Shown one piece after another: positions 33,669 to 45,899 of a stretch of DNA of 64,000 nucleotides. A program made the translations under genes and the position numbers. The notes beneath the pieces are model-generated. The model saw nothing but the letters and a program-made list of their open reading frames with translations. It had not been told where the DNA came from and did not search any database. Position 1 is the first letter of the stretch. Each line of letters begins with the position of its first letter. Location of the stretch: contig OZ076414.1 of the NCBI GenBank assembly GCA_964187785.1, positions 19,468,001 through 19,532,000 on the forward strand, read 5' to 3'. This stretch comes from Amphiscolops sp. MND2022 (lineage: Eukaryota).

Positions 33669-35289
33669 AAGATAACCAACGACTTCGACAAACATTCTAA
33701 ATACTGATATTTTTGTTTCTTTTCTCTTCATTTTTATCAAGTCATGTAAATTCTAGGTATATTTTGTATATTTGGATCATTGTGAGATTTTCCTGAGCTG
33801 TTATTGAAAGATAATTCATGTAAGAAGGCGCTAAAATACATGGTTCATTACAAATATTAGTGTAAAACTCTCTATGCTATGAATTCCGTGCTTATTATGC
33901 GTCAATATGCCGTAAATGTTGTGACGTATAAGCGTCAAAAGTCATTTTTAGACTATTTTATATGCGTCATCATACGTAAACTTGACTCACGCATATGCGG
34001 CATTGTACGTTTTTATCTACAAGACAATATACGTTTTTGGATAAACTGCATATGCGGCAATATGCGTTTTTACAATGCAATTATACACTGTTGAGCAGTT
34101 CTTATGTTATCGTATGTACGTCAACATGCGGTTTTCGCAGTGAAAGTATGAACGAATTGTGCAATATGGATTATGGAGTGTATGTGCTATTGTGCGTTAT
34201 TGAATGTTGATGCTTACATGTTGTATTCGCTATCCTGCAGTACAGGGAATACCGCATATACGTCATTATGCATTTTTAGCTGTACTCTCATCATTTTGAA
34301 GTCATGTAGCGTTTAATTCATCTAATGATACTTGAAACGTATTATACAGCGTCTAGCCTTGTTTTCCTAGGATTTTCACGGTCCCTTGATAATATTTAGG
34401 GTATCATTGTAGTGTGATTTAAAGGATATAAATAGAATGATGTGATTTTGACGTTATACTGTTTTTAGCTCTTTAAATAATGATACCTGTAAATGTGATT
34501 GTCATCCTTTTTGTATTTTTCGGAAAACTGAAGGGACCATTCATTCGAATTTTATCTCTCCCATCAAGCAGTTGCTCACTTTTCAACCTGGTCTTTTGAA
34601 AACAGTCTTTTTGACTAACATTGTTTTATCTCCCGAATTGTCTTTAGATAATTCTTTTGAATAAATTCAAATTCTTCCCCAACAGCCAAAATATCGTTTT
34701 CCTTTGAGAAAGATGGGGAACAAAAGAAGTAGAAGGTCCAGGAGATTGGAGACCCCGTCTCCAGAAAGAGAACTCAATGAAACACAGGTAGAAACATCAA
34801 CCCAAGGTAATATTACTTTGACAAATGCCGAATCTAATACCCATGGAAACCTTGACAATGATGAACTTAGGAACCAATTAATTGAACGTAGCCAATTAAG
34901 CAATGAAATACAAGCGTGGACTGAGAATTTTGAACAACAGGACAATGATAGAATAACAAAAATGAGAGAAGAAATGGAGAACAAACTAGATGCAATCCTG
35001 AAGGAGATAAAATCTAATAAAAGTGTATCAACAGTAACAAACCCAAGATCTGAAATGGATGATATACAAAACATACAGCCTTCGGGATCCAAAACTAATA
35101 GGTCTAATGGAGTACACGCATCTCACATCTATAACTCAGACTCAGAAAACGACGATTATCCTCTACAAGCTTCTAAAATGGGAGACCTGAAACATCCTGC
35201 TAAACCATTGTTCAGATGCGAATCTGATGTAGATGTAACTATATATTCGGACGAAGAGTCCGATGCAGAGGAAGTGGAGGATTATCACA
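33625..35289 (+). repeat. 3' LTR (1,665 bp)
   Basis: Direct repeat of 18606-20269 at offset 15019-15020. Confidence 0.95.
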
Positions 35290-38200
35290 CGTGGAAACCA
35301 TAAGTTAAATTTTTATCAAGTAAGATACCCAGATATTTAACGTATTCAGTACATGTTATTTCAGTATTTTTCAATACTATGCTTTCATCTTTGCAGTTTA
35401 AAAAATGGACCAATTCAGTTTTAGGAATTTTTTGACTAAGTTTATTCATAGCCATCCATCCAGGAATGTGTTCAACTTCATCTTGTAATGTAGATGTCTC
35501 ATTTTTGGGTCTCGCGTAAACGCAATTAGCATCATCCGCAAAGAGAAACGGAATAATGTTTTTACACGAGTTCGGGAAATCATTTACATAAATTATAAAG
35601 AGCAGTGGGCCAAGAATAGATCCTTGAGGAACGCCGCAGTCAATAAGTAATGGTTTTGAGACTTTACCGTTAATTGAAACACATTGACTTCGTTTACTTA
35701 GATATGATGTGAACCAATCCAAGCAAACCCCTCTGACACCGTATGCCTCGAGTTTATATAAGAGAAATTCATGGTTTATTGTATCGAAGGCTTTTTGTAA
35801 ATCAAGCAAAATACAAGAAATATCGAGGTTAGAATTATCCATAATCATTTCTGTAATTTCGGAAAGAGCGTGGATGGGGCTCAGTTTTGACCTGAATCCA
35901 AATTGTCTTGGGTATAATAGCTTATTTTTATCCATGAAATTATATAATCGTTCATGCACAACACGTTCAAATATTTTGCTCAATACTGATAAAACAGATA
36001 TGGGTCTGTAATTTTCACGTATAGATTTTTTGCCGGATTTGTATATCGGTACCACTTTCGCAGCTTTCAAAACCTGAGGAAATGTTCCACTTTTTAGCGA
36101 TTCATTCACGAGATGAGTTAATTTTTCAACTATTACATCGTGACTCACTTTTAGTATTTCTGCAGTCAGTCCATCTAGACCAGGTGATTTATGGTTCTTA
36201 AGATTTTTTATAATCCTCGAAATCTCAGTGCCATCAGCTGGATAAAAAAATAGTGATTGTTCATTAGTTTTTATACCATGAGTCGTGAATGGGACATTAT
36301 CAATTGAAGCAGCTGAGGTTTTACTGATGGAAACAAATTTTTCATTGAACGATTCGGCCACAACAATATCATCCGTAATCAATTCGTTTTTATCATTCTT
36401 GATAACAAAGTTGGAATTTTTTGTTGCTTTACCAGTGATTTTGTTTAGTTCTTTGTAGAAACATTTAGGATTATTGATAAGCCCATTCAGACGTGAATCG
36501 TAGTATTCGCGCTTGCTTTTACGAAGCTGCTGGTGCACATTATTTCTAGCTCTTGTGTAGCGTAGCTTGTTCTGATAGGTTTACAGCGCTGGTATCTGTG
36601 GAAACTACAATTTCTTCGAATTAAGGCCTTTTTTACTTCCTTTGTGAACCAAGGTCTTACGGCATCTTGGTGTTCTGATTGTTTTTCAACTGTGAAAGCA
36701 TTAACTGCTTCCGATATTGCATTGGCAAACAATTCAGTAGATGCATTGATGTCCTGTCCTAAGTCTATAAGTTCCAGGCAATGTTTTAAGTAATTTAGAT
36801 AGAGATTTGTTGCATTACCGTCCCGGAAAAACGGTCTATCCTTAATAAAATGTTGAGAACGAATGGATTTAGATTTACTTATATTCAAATCAACGTAGGT
36901 TGCAAAATGGTCTGTAATATACGTCATGATAACTCCAAATTCCAGAGGTCTTTGGTAGTCATTATGGATTATATGATCGATTAGGGTTCGTTCTTCGATT
37001 CATTGGGCGCAACCATGAATTTCCAACAATTTCAGATACCTATCTGCAACAGGGTTGCATTCCAAGAGGTCAATATTAATATCGCCTTTTAGATAGTAGT
37101 TATTAATTTGACTAAGAGACTCAAGAAGTAACTCAAACTAATCCAAGAAATCCTGTTCATTTACGGAAGGCGAATTGTATAAGCATACAACGGTAAATTT
37201 TTCCTTATTCCTAGCTGTACAATTGACTCCAGTATAGTTTAGATCAGGAATAGAATCTTTCTGTATGTTAAGCTCCAAAAGTTCAAATGCCAGCGATTCA
37301 TGGACATATATTGGAACACCTTCATTTCTTGTTGAACCAGGATCAAATTCCATAGGTGCTTAGGATTCTAGTGCGTAGGCATTTTTGTCTGAGGATTCAG
37401 TCATCCATGTTTCAGACAAGCAAATAATAGACGGTTTGTTTTCACGAAAGGTATCTATATGCGTTTCTAGTTCTTCAAAATTGTAGTCGAAGGAACTTAT
37501 GTTCAAATGAAAAATCCATTCGTTCTCAACACTTTGTTCTTTTAGGTTGTTTTTATGTTTGGGTTTGATTTTTTACGTTTCAATTTGTAAACAAGAGGGC
37601 CCCTAACAAAAATGTAGACTACTTTTGCATATAGAGTAGACAAAATCAGGATCCCATTCATATAATTTTAAGAGGCTATCAAAGACAGTTTTTGTATCAT
37701 TTTGTTGATACACCACAATTTTTTCGGTAATCATGTTAACAGAAGTTACATCTTGTCTTTGCCTCAATGCCTTAGCCAACCTTGCTCGTAGTAGCGTGAG
37801 ATCATCGTTGATATAAATCTTATTTTCACTATCCTTGAGCTTCTTTTTGTTGGTCATCATCCCGATTTTGGTCTGTCTCCTTACAAATTTTGCAATGATA
37901 GGGCGCCCTTGGCCAGGCTTCACATTTCTGCTGGGAACCCTATGGCAGATGCTGATGTCCGCTCTGGATACCTGACATCCCGCCTTTTCTGCCACATCGA
38001 TCACAGCCTGATACACGTCCTCATTCGGTGCCTCCTCCACCCCAAATATGCGGACATTGTCCCGCCTTCCATATTGCTGGTTTGAATCGGCATTGAAAAG
38101 TCTGGACAGCTCTCCGCTGATTTGAAGCTTTTCTGCAATTTTGGCAAGTTTGGACTGCAAGTCGGCCACCTCAGCTGCTGCACAGAAGCCACATAGGAAG

Positions 38201-38400
38201 GGGCGGTCCATGAAACCCTTGTGGATCTTTTCGGGAGCCATGTGGGGACCCAGGATTGGCATCCCTTTCCCTTGTCGGGACCCTTGCCAGTACATTCGAT
38301 TAGGTGGGTGGACCCCTCTTCGTCTGATTGAGAGCCAGTTCTAGTAGTCGGCATCGCGTCTATTTAATAAGTTTATCACAACAATTAGGCTGAGAAATTT
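35290..38400 (-). mobile_element. 5' part of CR1/L2-type LINE-A (ORF1, APE endonuclease, RT)
   Basis: ORF1 from 38354 with one frameshift (RRDNVRIFG, ISICHRV, PIIAKF, IYINDDLT); APE CLSETW near 37410; [36 protein letters not shown]. Right end approximate. Confidence 0.95.
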
Positions 38401-39171
38401 GAGAAATTAGCTACCTTCTAATTTTCGTATAAATGGCAACAACCGAAATCTGCTTGATATATGAGAATCTGCTGGATATTAGAAAATCTACTACTACTAC
38501 TACTACTGAAAGACTTAATTCGTTTGTAATAATTTTTTTTGTATTAAAAGGCATGTTCTAAAAAGGGGTATAAATGACTTTTGCAGGGTAAAAAGTAAAA
38601 TTTCAAGCACGACAGATGCTACAAGAGCACTTAATAAACCAAGTGCATGAAGGATTTATGTCGAAGGAAGACACTCGATTATGAAGGTAAATAGAAAGGT
38701 CCCTTCTGAAGAAGTTGAAACTATCGAAGACAGAAATAATGATTGCTGATAGGTAGTTAGAGTAGCAGCAGATTCTCTGGATGAATTTGGAACTTCTGAG
38801 ATCTTTAGCAGGATGGCTAAAACATAAAGTCTTTAATATTTAGGTCATATTTTCCATGGATGGTCTTATTAAGAAAAAGCATGTCTTGGAAAACAAGATA
38901 GAACGAAATTGCAAGTGTGTATGTTGCAGCAAGTTGTTCAAGATAGTTTGATAAACCAGTAACCCATTTGAGGCAATTCATGTTGAATAGTTCCAATTTA
39001 CGTCTGTATATCAATGAAGGGTACCATATTTGGGAACGGGTCAGGGTCATTTCGTCACCAGCCAATTGAGCGACAATATGGCGTCGGTCACATGGGCGAC
39101 AAAAGTGTCGACCAAATAATGTTGAAAAATTGATCAATTAACTGATATATTTAAAAAGGTAAGCATATTTA

Positions 39172-39548
39172 TTGTATGGCTCGGTCGCTTCGCTCCCATC
39201 GCCAAGTAGCAACATTGAGGCATGGCCGTATGGCACGTCGCTCTGCTTCGCTTCGATCCTGCATTTAGGGCACTAGGGGTATGTGAACATATTTGGCGGG
39301 ACACTTGGGCGGGTGGAAGTAGGTCGAAGGAACGGGATCGAAAATCAGAGTTAGTCCTCAGGTCGACATAACAATATTTTGAATGGGATCGAAACAACTC
39401 GAATCGAATTTTCTATAACGTAGTCAGATATGTTCACATACCCTTAGTGCCCTGAATGCGGGAGCGAAGCGAAGCGGAGCGACGTGCCATTTGGCCGTGC
39501 CTCAATGTTGCTACTTGGCGAAGGGAGCGAAGCGACCGAGCCATACAA
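39172..39548. repeat. 121-bp inverted repeat (39172-39292 / 39428-39548), 135-bp spacer
   Basis: Arms roughly 90% identical by eye, containing GAGCGAAGCGA motifs; third copy at 44311-44431. Confidence 0.9.
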
Positions 39549-39655
39549 CAAATACAATAAAATTCGACCGCATTCCATTCGATCCCTGCAATTCGATCAA
39601 AAGGTTCAACCTCTGTCCTTTCGACCAGAATAATTCGACCTATTTACAGCCACCC
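39307..39655 (+). mobile_element. MITE copy 1 (Mutator-like family)
   Basis: Ends GGGCGGGTGGAAGTAGGTCG...CGACCTATTTACAGCCACCC and is colinear with copy 2; no clear TSD. Confidence 0.7.
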
Positions 39656-42600
39656 CACTCGGGCGACGTCCGCCGCCATGTTTTTTCCCGAAACGTCTAT
39701 TGCCGAAACGTCCGGAATTCATATCAAGTACCCCTCGGATGTGTCCCCACTTCCTCTAGTGCCCTGAGGCCCCCTGGGGACGCTTATATTCCCATCTTGC
39801 TAAGCGAGGTCGAACAGGAGCAAAGACCTAGCGGGAACGGAGATCGCGAAGCGATCGTAGTGGGAGCTGGTCTTTGCGACGGTGAGGGTGAGCGTGCATA
39901 CACCGCACATGCCCCACATTATGATATTTCCGGGAGTTGACATATTTATTATCGATTCAGTAATTGACCCTTAAATTATTTGACAATGGTAATTGGTTGA
40001 CTTTAATACAAGTTCTTCCTACAATTTGTTTTTCCTATAGCATGCGAGACGTTTCGGCAAATTTTTTTAGCCTGAGACGTTTCGGCATATGTTTTTTGCC
40101 GAAATGTCCGCCGCCATGTTTTTGCCGAAACGTCTTTTGCCGAAAAGTCCGGAATTCATTTACAACAGGTGATTCGTTGCCATCCAGGAAGAACGGGACT
40201 ATAGGTTCTTTGTTTCTGAAGGAGATAACGTTGCATTTGTCAATATTGAATCCCATTAGGTTTTCGCCCGACTAGTAGAGAAAACCATTGATATCGTGCT
40301 GCATATCAGAAGTTGTGAAGAATGAGTGAAGTTTACTGTCATCGGCAAACAAGTAACTCGAGGATGTTTGCACTGTTTTGGGTAGATCGTTAAGAAAGAT
40401 TAGAAATAGAAGAGGGCCGAGCACGCTCCCCTGAGGAACACCACTTGTAATTTTTGCAGAATCAGAAACACACCCATTTACGTATATCTTTTGAGATCTT
40501 TGATTCAAATAGGATTTGAAAAGCACCAAGAAATTGGAGTCAAAACTGAAAAAAGCCAATTTCTGTAAGAGTTTGTGATGAGAAACCAGGTCAAAGGCTT
40601 TGGAAAAATCAAAATAGACTTAGAAGCTGGGTCCATTCACATCAAGTTGAAGATACAATTGGTCAAGATAAGGTAGTAATTGCGTAACTGTTGAACGATT
40701 TTTTGAAAAACCATGTTGTTGGTCACAAATCAAGGGTCGTACTTGGGGATAAATGAAACGAAATATAATTTTCTCAAGAATTAAGGATAATTGAGGCAAA
40801 TTGCTGAATGGACGAAAGTTTTCCACATTTTCGGGGTTACCAGATTTGAGAATTGGCTTTATTGTAGAACATTTCCAGAAATGTGGCCACTGTTTTGATT
40901 TGATAATGGTATTAAAAAGCTGGGTGACAAGAGGTGCTAGTAGCACAGGACAGGAGTTAAAAACGAACGTGGGAATGGGACCAGAGCTCTAACAATTAGA
41001 GGATGCACTGGAAAGTAATGCTTCAACCATCGAAATTTCGACTGTCATATCCTGCAGGAACACTAGTGGATTTTCAGCTATTGGTAAGAATGTTGAGTTG
41101 CTTGTTTCGTATACAGAGCTGAAGTAGGAATTGAACAGGTTAGCGATATGAATCTTGGTGCTAGCTTTGAAATGTTTCCAATGCATTTGGTTAGGTAAAT
41201 GATAAAGAGAGAATGAGCGCAGGTACTTGAAGCAAGAGCGAGTGGAATTGGAGGATAGACTGTCAATCAATATAGTTTTGTCCAGTTCAATACAATTTTG
41301 GATGTCGCCCTTCAACTTCTTTTGATATGTTGGTTCATATTGTTTTTGGCAGCTGTGCGGAGCTTATTAATCATATGTATAGAGAAAGAGGAATAGAATA
41401 ATGGAAACTCAAGCCTACTGTTAGTTTTGCGATGACAGGATGCATTGATTGCATTGATAAGCACTTGATACCAGAAGGCAACATATTCATCAAAAGAGAT
41501 TTGAAAAAAACTTGAGCTAGGGAAGCTCAGAAGATCATAGTAGCGAGAAGACAGATTTTGATTGAAGCAGTGAGTGGAGAAAGAAGAAGCTGAATACTTT
41601 GATGTTTGAGAACTTTGGTTGGACAAGGGCTTAGGTAAGGAAAACCATGCAAAAACAGCAAAGTGATCAGAGTACATACTATCATCCACACAAACCGTAA
41701 AAAGTTCTGGAGTTGAAGTCAATATGATATCGAGTATGCTTCCGGACTTGTAGGTTGGTTCGAAAACAAGTGGCAAGAGATTTAAACTTTCGACTTTTTC
41801 CAATATTGCTTTAGAGTAATCAGCGTGTGCAATGATTGTTGCCCAACAGACGTCCAACAAGTTAATGTCACCAAGGATTGTGAAAGAATTCGAAGATACA
41901 AGATCGTCGTTGAAGTATGAGGAAATGCAGTCAACTAGTAAATCTGCTTGAATACGGTATGAAGAATTTGTGGGCGGGTTACAAATCAGTAGAAACATGT
42001 GAGAGCTGTATTCGTCAAATAAGTAGATGGCAGTTGAGTAATCGTTTAGCACTTAAACTTGTGAATGGTTGAATTGAAATTCTTTTTTGGTAGCTATCAC
42101 AACCCCACCATGTTCCCCAGTTAATCGATCTTGTCTGGAGATTGTTGTATTTTTGCTTTTTATTGGAAAAATTTCAGAATCCTTGATAGATGGATAGAGC
42201 CAAGTTTCAGTTAGAAAGATGATATCTGGGGAATTAAGACTGAGATAATTCAGAAGTTCGAGGCGTTGCGAAACATCAATAAGGCTTTGGACATTGATAA
42301 GGCAAGATTTGATTTGCAGTCAATTTTGCAAGTTAACCTCAGCACCATTTCTCATAAGTTTCAGACCTTTAATTCGCAGTTCTTCTTTGGGGACGTTTTC
42401 ATTGTGAATCATTTGATATCTTTTTTCTAACAGTTTACGTCGCCTTGCTTGGTCTTTCATATTTAGCTATTTAGACAAATAGAGTGGCACAGAGTATGAT
42501 TTCAGTTTGTATGCTTTCGATAAACTTTTGCGAGCATCCCATTCAGAGGTAAAACGTACAAGCAGGGGCCTGGGTCTTTTTGAATCATGCTGAGGACGTC

Positions 42601-43912
42601 CAAGTCGACGGGTTTTTTCAATGGATTACATGGGTTCACCATAATGTTGGAAGACTTCGTTTAACTTAAAGTCATCAGCTTCAAAAGAGGAATGAAAGGC
42701 ACCCTTATCCTCAACAAGGCCAATTTTCAGAATCTCACGACAAGTGGGTTCTCCACTAGGGGGAGCTTTTGGCACTTTATGGGTAGGTTCAAGTTTTGTT
42801 TTAATTCAATCAAGAGAATTTTGAATTGAAATAACCGAACTTTTAAATTCTTTCTTAGCAATCAAAGAATTCAACTTAGCTTCGGATGTGAAAACATCAT
42901 CGTTGTGGCAAAGACTACAGATCCAGAGACACCCTCTGATTCTGCCCATCACAGTGACGTCATCTTGAGATAGACCAGCGCATGAGAAGCCATGAAACCA
43001 AACACCACAAGAAACACGAGCAATGCCAAACGGGTCCTCATCCTTCACCATTTTCTTGCAGGATCACACTTGGATGCCGACGTAGATGTTTTGTTTGTCA
43101 TTTCACCGGAAACTATTTAATTAGTTTGTCACAACAAGTAGGCTGCTTGATAAAGATATGGGAATGTGAATTAGCCTTTCAATTATGTCACTTTACTTTT
43201 TAGAAATATTTTCTGACATTTTGATAATTTTCAACGCAACGACATCCGTCAATTTTAAACAAGATTCAGACGACAACTTCACATGCAGAGAATTCACAAT
43301 GCAGGAAATTTTAAAGCTGTTTATGCCGTTGAAAAAAATCGCCCAGTAAAAAAAGGCACGAGAAACGTGAATCGACATAAAATATAAATCGCTTGAAAAA
43401 AAGCCGAAATATTCTTTAAAATAAGTACATTTTTCTTGAGTTCAATGGTTCTTTTTCTGATGATTCGAAAAAGACAATCGTTTGAAGCCCGCAGTGTCCC
43501 CCTCTGGGCATTTCGACACTCTGCGACTTTCCAAAGATCAAAGAGATTATGATTTTTTTGGTGAGAAAAACCAAAAGGCGCTTTGAGGCCACAAGAGTTT
43601 TTCGGATTCGCATTGAAGTATTTTCGGTCCTGAGCCTTAAGCCGGGTGCCTAGAGAGTAAATGGCGCCTACAAACAGAGCAAAGACAATCCGCTGTTGAT
43701 GTGGATTTTCAGCTTTCGCTGAAGGGATGTCTCCCAATTTCTTTCTAACATCTTCGTCCCACGTTTCTACCTTGTCCACAGTCACACACCCTTAACCATA
43801 TACAAGAGTTGTCTTCGTCGAACTGAATAAAACCTCAACATATCGCAGAGAAGTCTGTCTTTTCGAACCGTTCCGTTGCCAATGTTATAGCAAATAGAAA
43901 TAAAAAACAAAG

Positions 43913-43954
43913 TCAGTTGAACGTTTTCGAGTTTACACTCATCATCAGAACTGA
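43913..43954 (-). ncRNA. Minimal type I hammerhead ribozyme (Penelope-associated)
   Basis: Minus strand TCAGTT-CTGATGA-T-GAG TGTAAA CTC-GAA-AACGTT-C-AACTGA: stem I TCAGTT/AACTGA, intact core, 3-bp stem II, palindromic stem III, TTC cleavage triplet. Confidence 0.8.
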
Positions 43955-44189
43955 AAGGAACCAAAATGTATAAAATTGAGAAAAATAGACATCAGAGAAG
44001 CAGCAAAAAATATAAATAATTTTAGGGCTAAAAGCACCGTGGTACAAAAGCCTGGATACCCAGGACTAGATTCTGAGAGATAGCTCCCTCTGTCTGTTCT
44101 CCTCGCGTGCGTTCTTCTTCGGTTTCAGTTTTGTAATACAAAGAGCCTCCAACGTTAGCAGTTTATATTCGCTGAGACAGGAATCCAGG

Positions 44190-44538
44190 AGGTGGGCGGA
44201 AATAGGTCAAAGGAACGGGATCGAAAATCAAAGTTAGTCTTCAGGTCGACATACCAAATTTTTGAATGGGATCGAAACAACTCGGATCGAAATTTTTATA
44301 ACGTAGTCAGATATGTTCACATACCCCTAGTGCCCTGAATGCAGGAGCGAAGCGAAGCGGAGCGACGTGCCATATGACCATGCCTCAATGTTGCTACTTG
44401 GCGAAGGGAGCGAAGCGACCGAGCCATACAACAAATACGATGAAATTCGACCGCATTCCATTCGATCCCTGCAATTTGATCGAAAAGTTCGACCTCTGTC
44501 CTTTTGACCAGAAAAAATTGACCTATTTACAGCCACTC
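44190..44538 (+). mobile_element. MITE copy 2 with 9-bp TSD GAATCCAGG, inserted in the Penelope ORF
   Basis: TSD at 44181-44189 and 44539-44547; imperfect TIRs; removal restores KILDSCLSEY. Confidence 0.88.
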
Positions 44539-45373
44539 GAATCCAGGATCTTACAATCACCTTTCGAATCAGCGCATTGCGATAAATGCTGAGCGACTGT
44601 AGTGTTGATTCTCTCTTCATGTTCCGTGATCCTCGTGGTCAAATGTCGGATAGTTTGGCCGACATAGGTAGACTGACATCTACTACATGTCATTTGGTAG
44701 ACCACTTTGGATCTCATGAACGTCGAAATTGGGCCTTTCAAACTTGGTAAACACGTTCTAAGCTTTCTGGTTGTAAAAAAGGTATCGATATCTGCAACTT
44801 TCTTAAATGTTTGAACCAACTGATCTGATATGGTGCCTCGGTATTGGACGAAGAAAGATATTCGTTTTCTGGGGATTTCGCGTTCTAGAGGTGGGGGTTT
44901 GTCGTTCGGCTTATCAGGAGCTAAGATTCGGTGTTTAGCGTTCTGCGAGCTATTGCAGAAGACCATTTCTCGGGAAACTGATTCTGTTTGCAGATTGATT
45001 GATTGAGTTATAGCAAATATTATCCTTGTTCAGGATCTGACAATTCCTAACGAAAAGTGTGAGAAAGTGCCGGATATTTGGGATTTTCTTATGAAGAGAA
45101 ATCTTTTTGTTACGAGAAGAGTTTAAGTGATCGATTAGGTTTAAAAAGATTGGATACAAGTCAAATTGTGGAAAGTTTCGTATTTCCTGCGGTTCATAAC
45201 TTTTCAATAAAAAGCTAGTATTCACTAGAAGGCACATGCAAATTGGACATCGACATCTAAAATGAAGCAAACATCGTTTACAGCAATATGAAATTAAAAT
45301 ATATATATCAGTATACACATCATTCCCCTTCCAAGAGTTCTCAAGGCTACTTGCAAGTGTAGTCATTGAATCT

Positions 45374-45882
45374 GGGTGGCTGTAAATAGATCGAATTTTT
45401 CTGGTCGGAAGGACAGGGTCGAACCTTTTGATCGAATTGCAGGGATCGAATGGAAAACGGTCGAATTTGATTGAAACTTGCGGGTCGAAAACGTTCTTTG
45501 TTTGCCTCAAGTCGATTGACTATCACAATGTGGGGCATAAGCTGTGTATGCACGCTCGCCCTCTCCGTCGCAAAGACCAGCTCCCACTACGATCGCTGCG
45601 CGATCTCCGTACCCGCTAGGTCTGCACTCCTGTTCAACCTCGCTTAGCAAGGTTGGAACATGAGCGGCTCCAAGGGGCCGCGGGGCACTAGAAGAAATGG
45701 GGACATATCCGAGACACGTTTTATACTTTTCTAGAAAATTCCATCTGCGGCACTTCGATTTGTTTCCTAAGAATCACAATTCCGATCCGAGTTGAATCGA
45801 TCCCATTCAAAAATTTGGTATGTCGACCCGAAGACTAACTCTGATTTTCGATCCCGTTCCTTCGAGCTATTTCCGCCCACCC
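45374..45882 (-). mobile_element. MITE copy 3, inverted, with different internal cargo; TSD (A/G)TTGAATCT
   Basis: GGGTGGCTGTAAATAG...CTATTTCCGCCCACCC; 8/9 TSD match at 45365-45373 and 45883-45891. Confidence 0.85.
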
Positions 45883-45899
45883 GTTGAATCTTCGGTTCG

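Larger units (their letters stand above)
18606..35289 (+). mobile_element. Full-length giant Ty3/Gypsy LTR retrotransposon (16,684 bp), internally mutated
   Basis: TG...CA LTRs, 5-bp TSD CGTGG (18601-18605 and 35290-35294), PBS-like TGG after the 5' LTR, gag with 2 CCHC knuckles, PR-RT-RH-IN order. Confidence 0.97.
38800..43110 (-). mobile_element. Degenerate CR1/L2-type LINE-B with PHD-finger ORF1
   Basis: CGVWFHGFSCAGL...WICSLC; RPRPLLVRF; APE ILGDINL and SILDII/SDH; RT HGFSKNRST, GVPQGSVLGPLLF, FADDSK. Interrupted by small repeats at 39150-40160. Confidence 0.9.
43900..45360 (-). mobile_element. 5'-truncated Penelope-like element (RT thumb remnant plus GIY-YIG endonuclease)
   Basis: VVYQMTCSRCQSTYVGQTIRHLTTRITEH; C-terminus LDSCLSEYKLLTLEALCI with TAG at 44068-44066; hammerhead downstream. 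Boundaries approximate. Confidence 0.88.

Noticed and set aside
38488-38507. (CTA)n microsatellite near the LINE-A 5' end
   Set aside because: Short simple repeat with no evidence of function.
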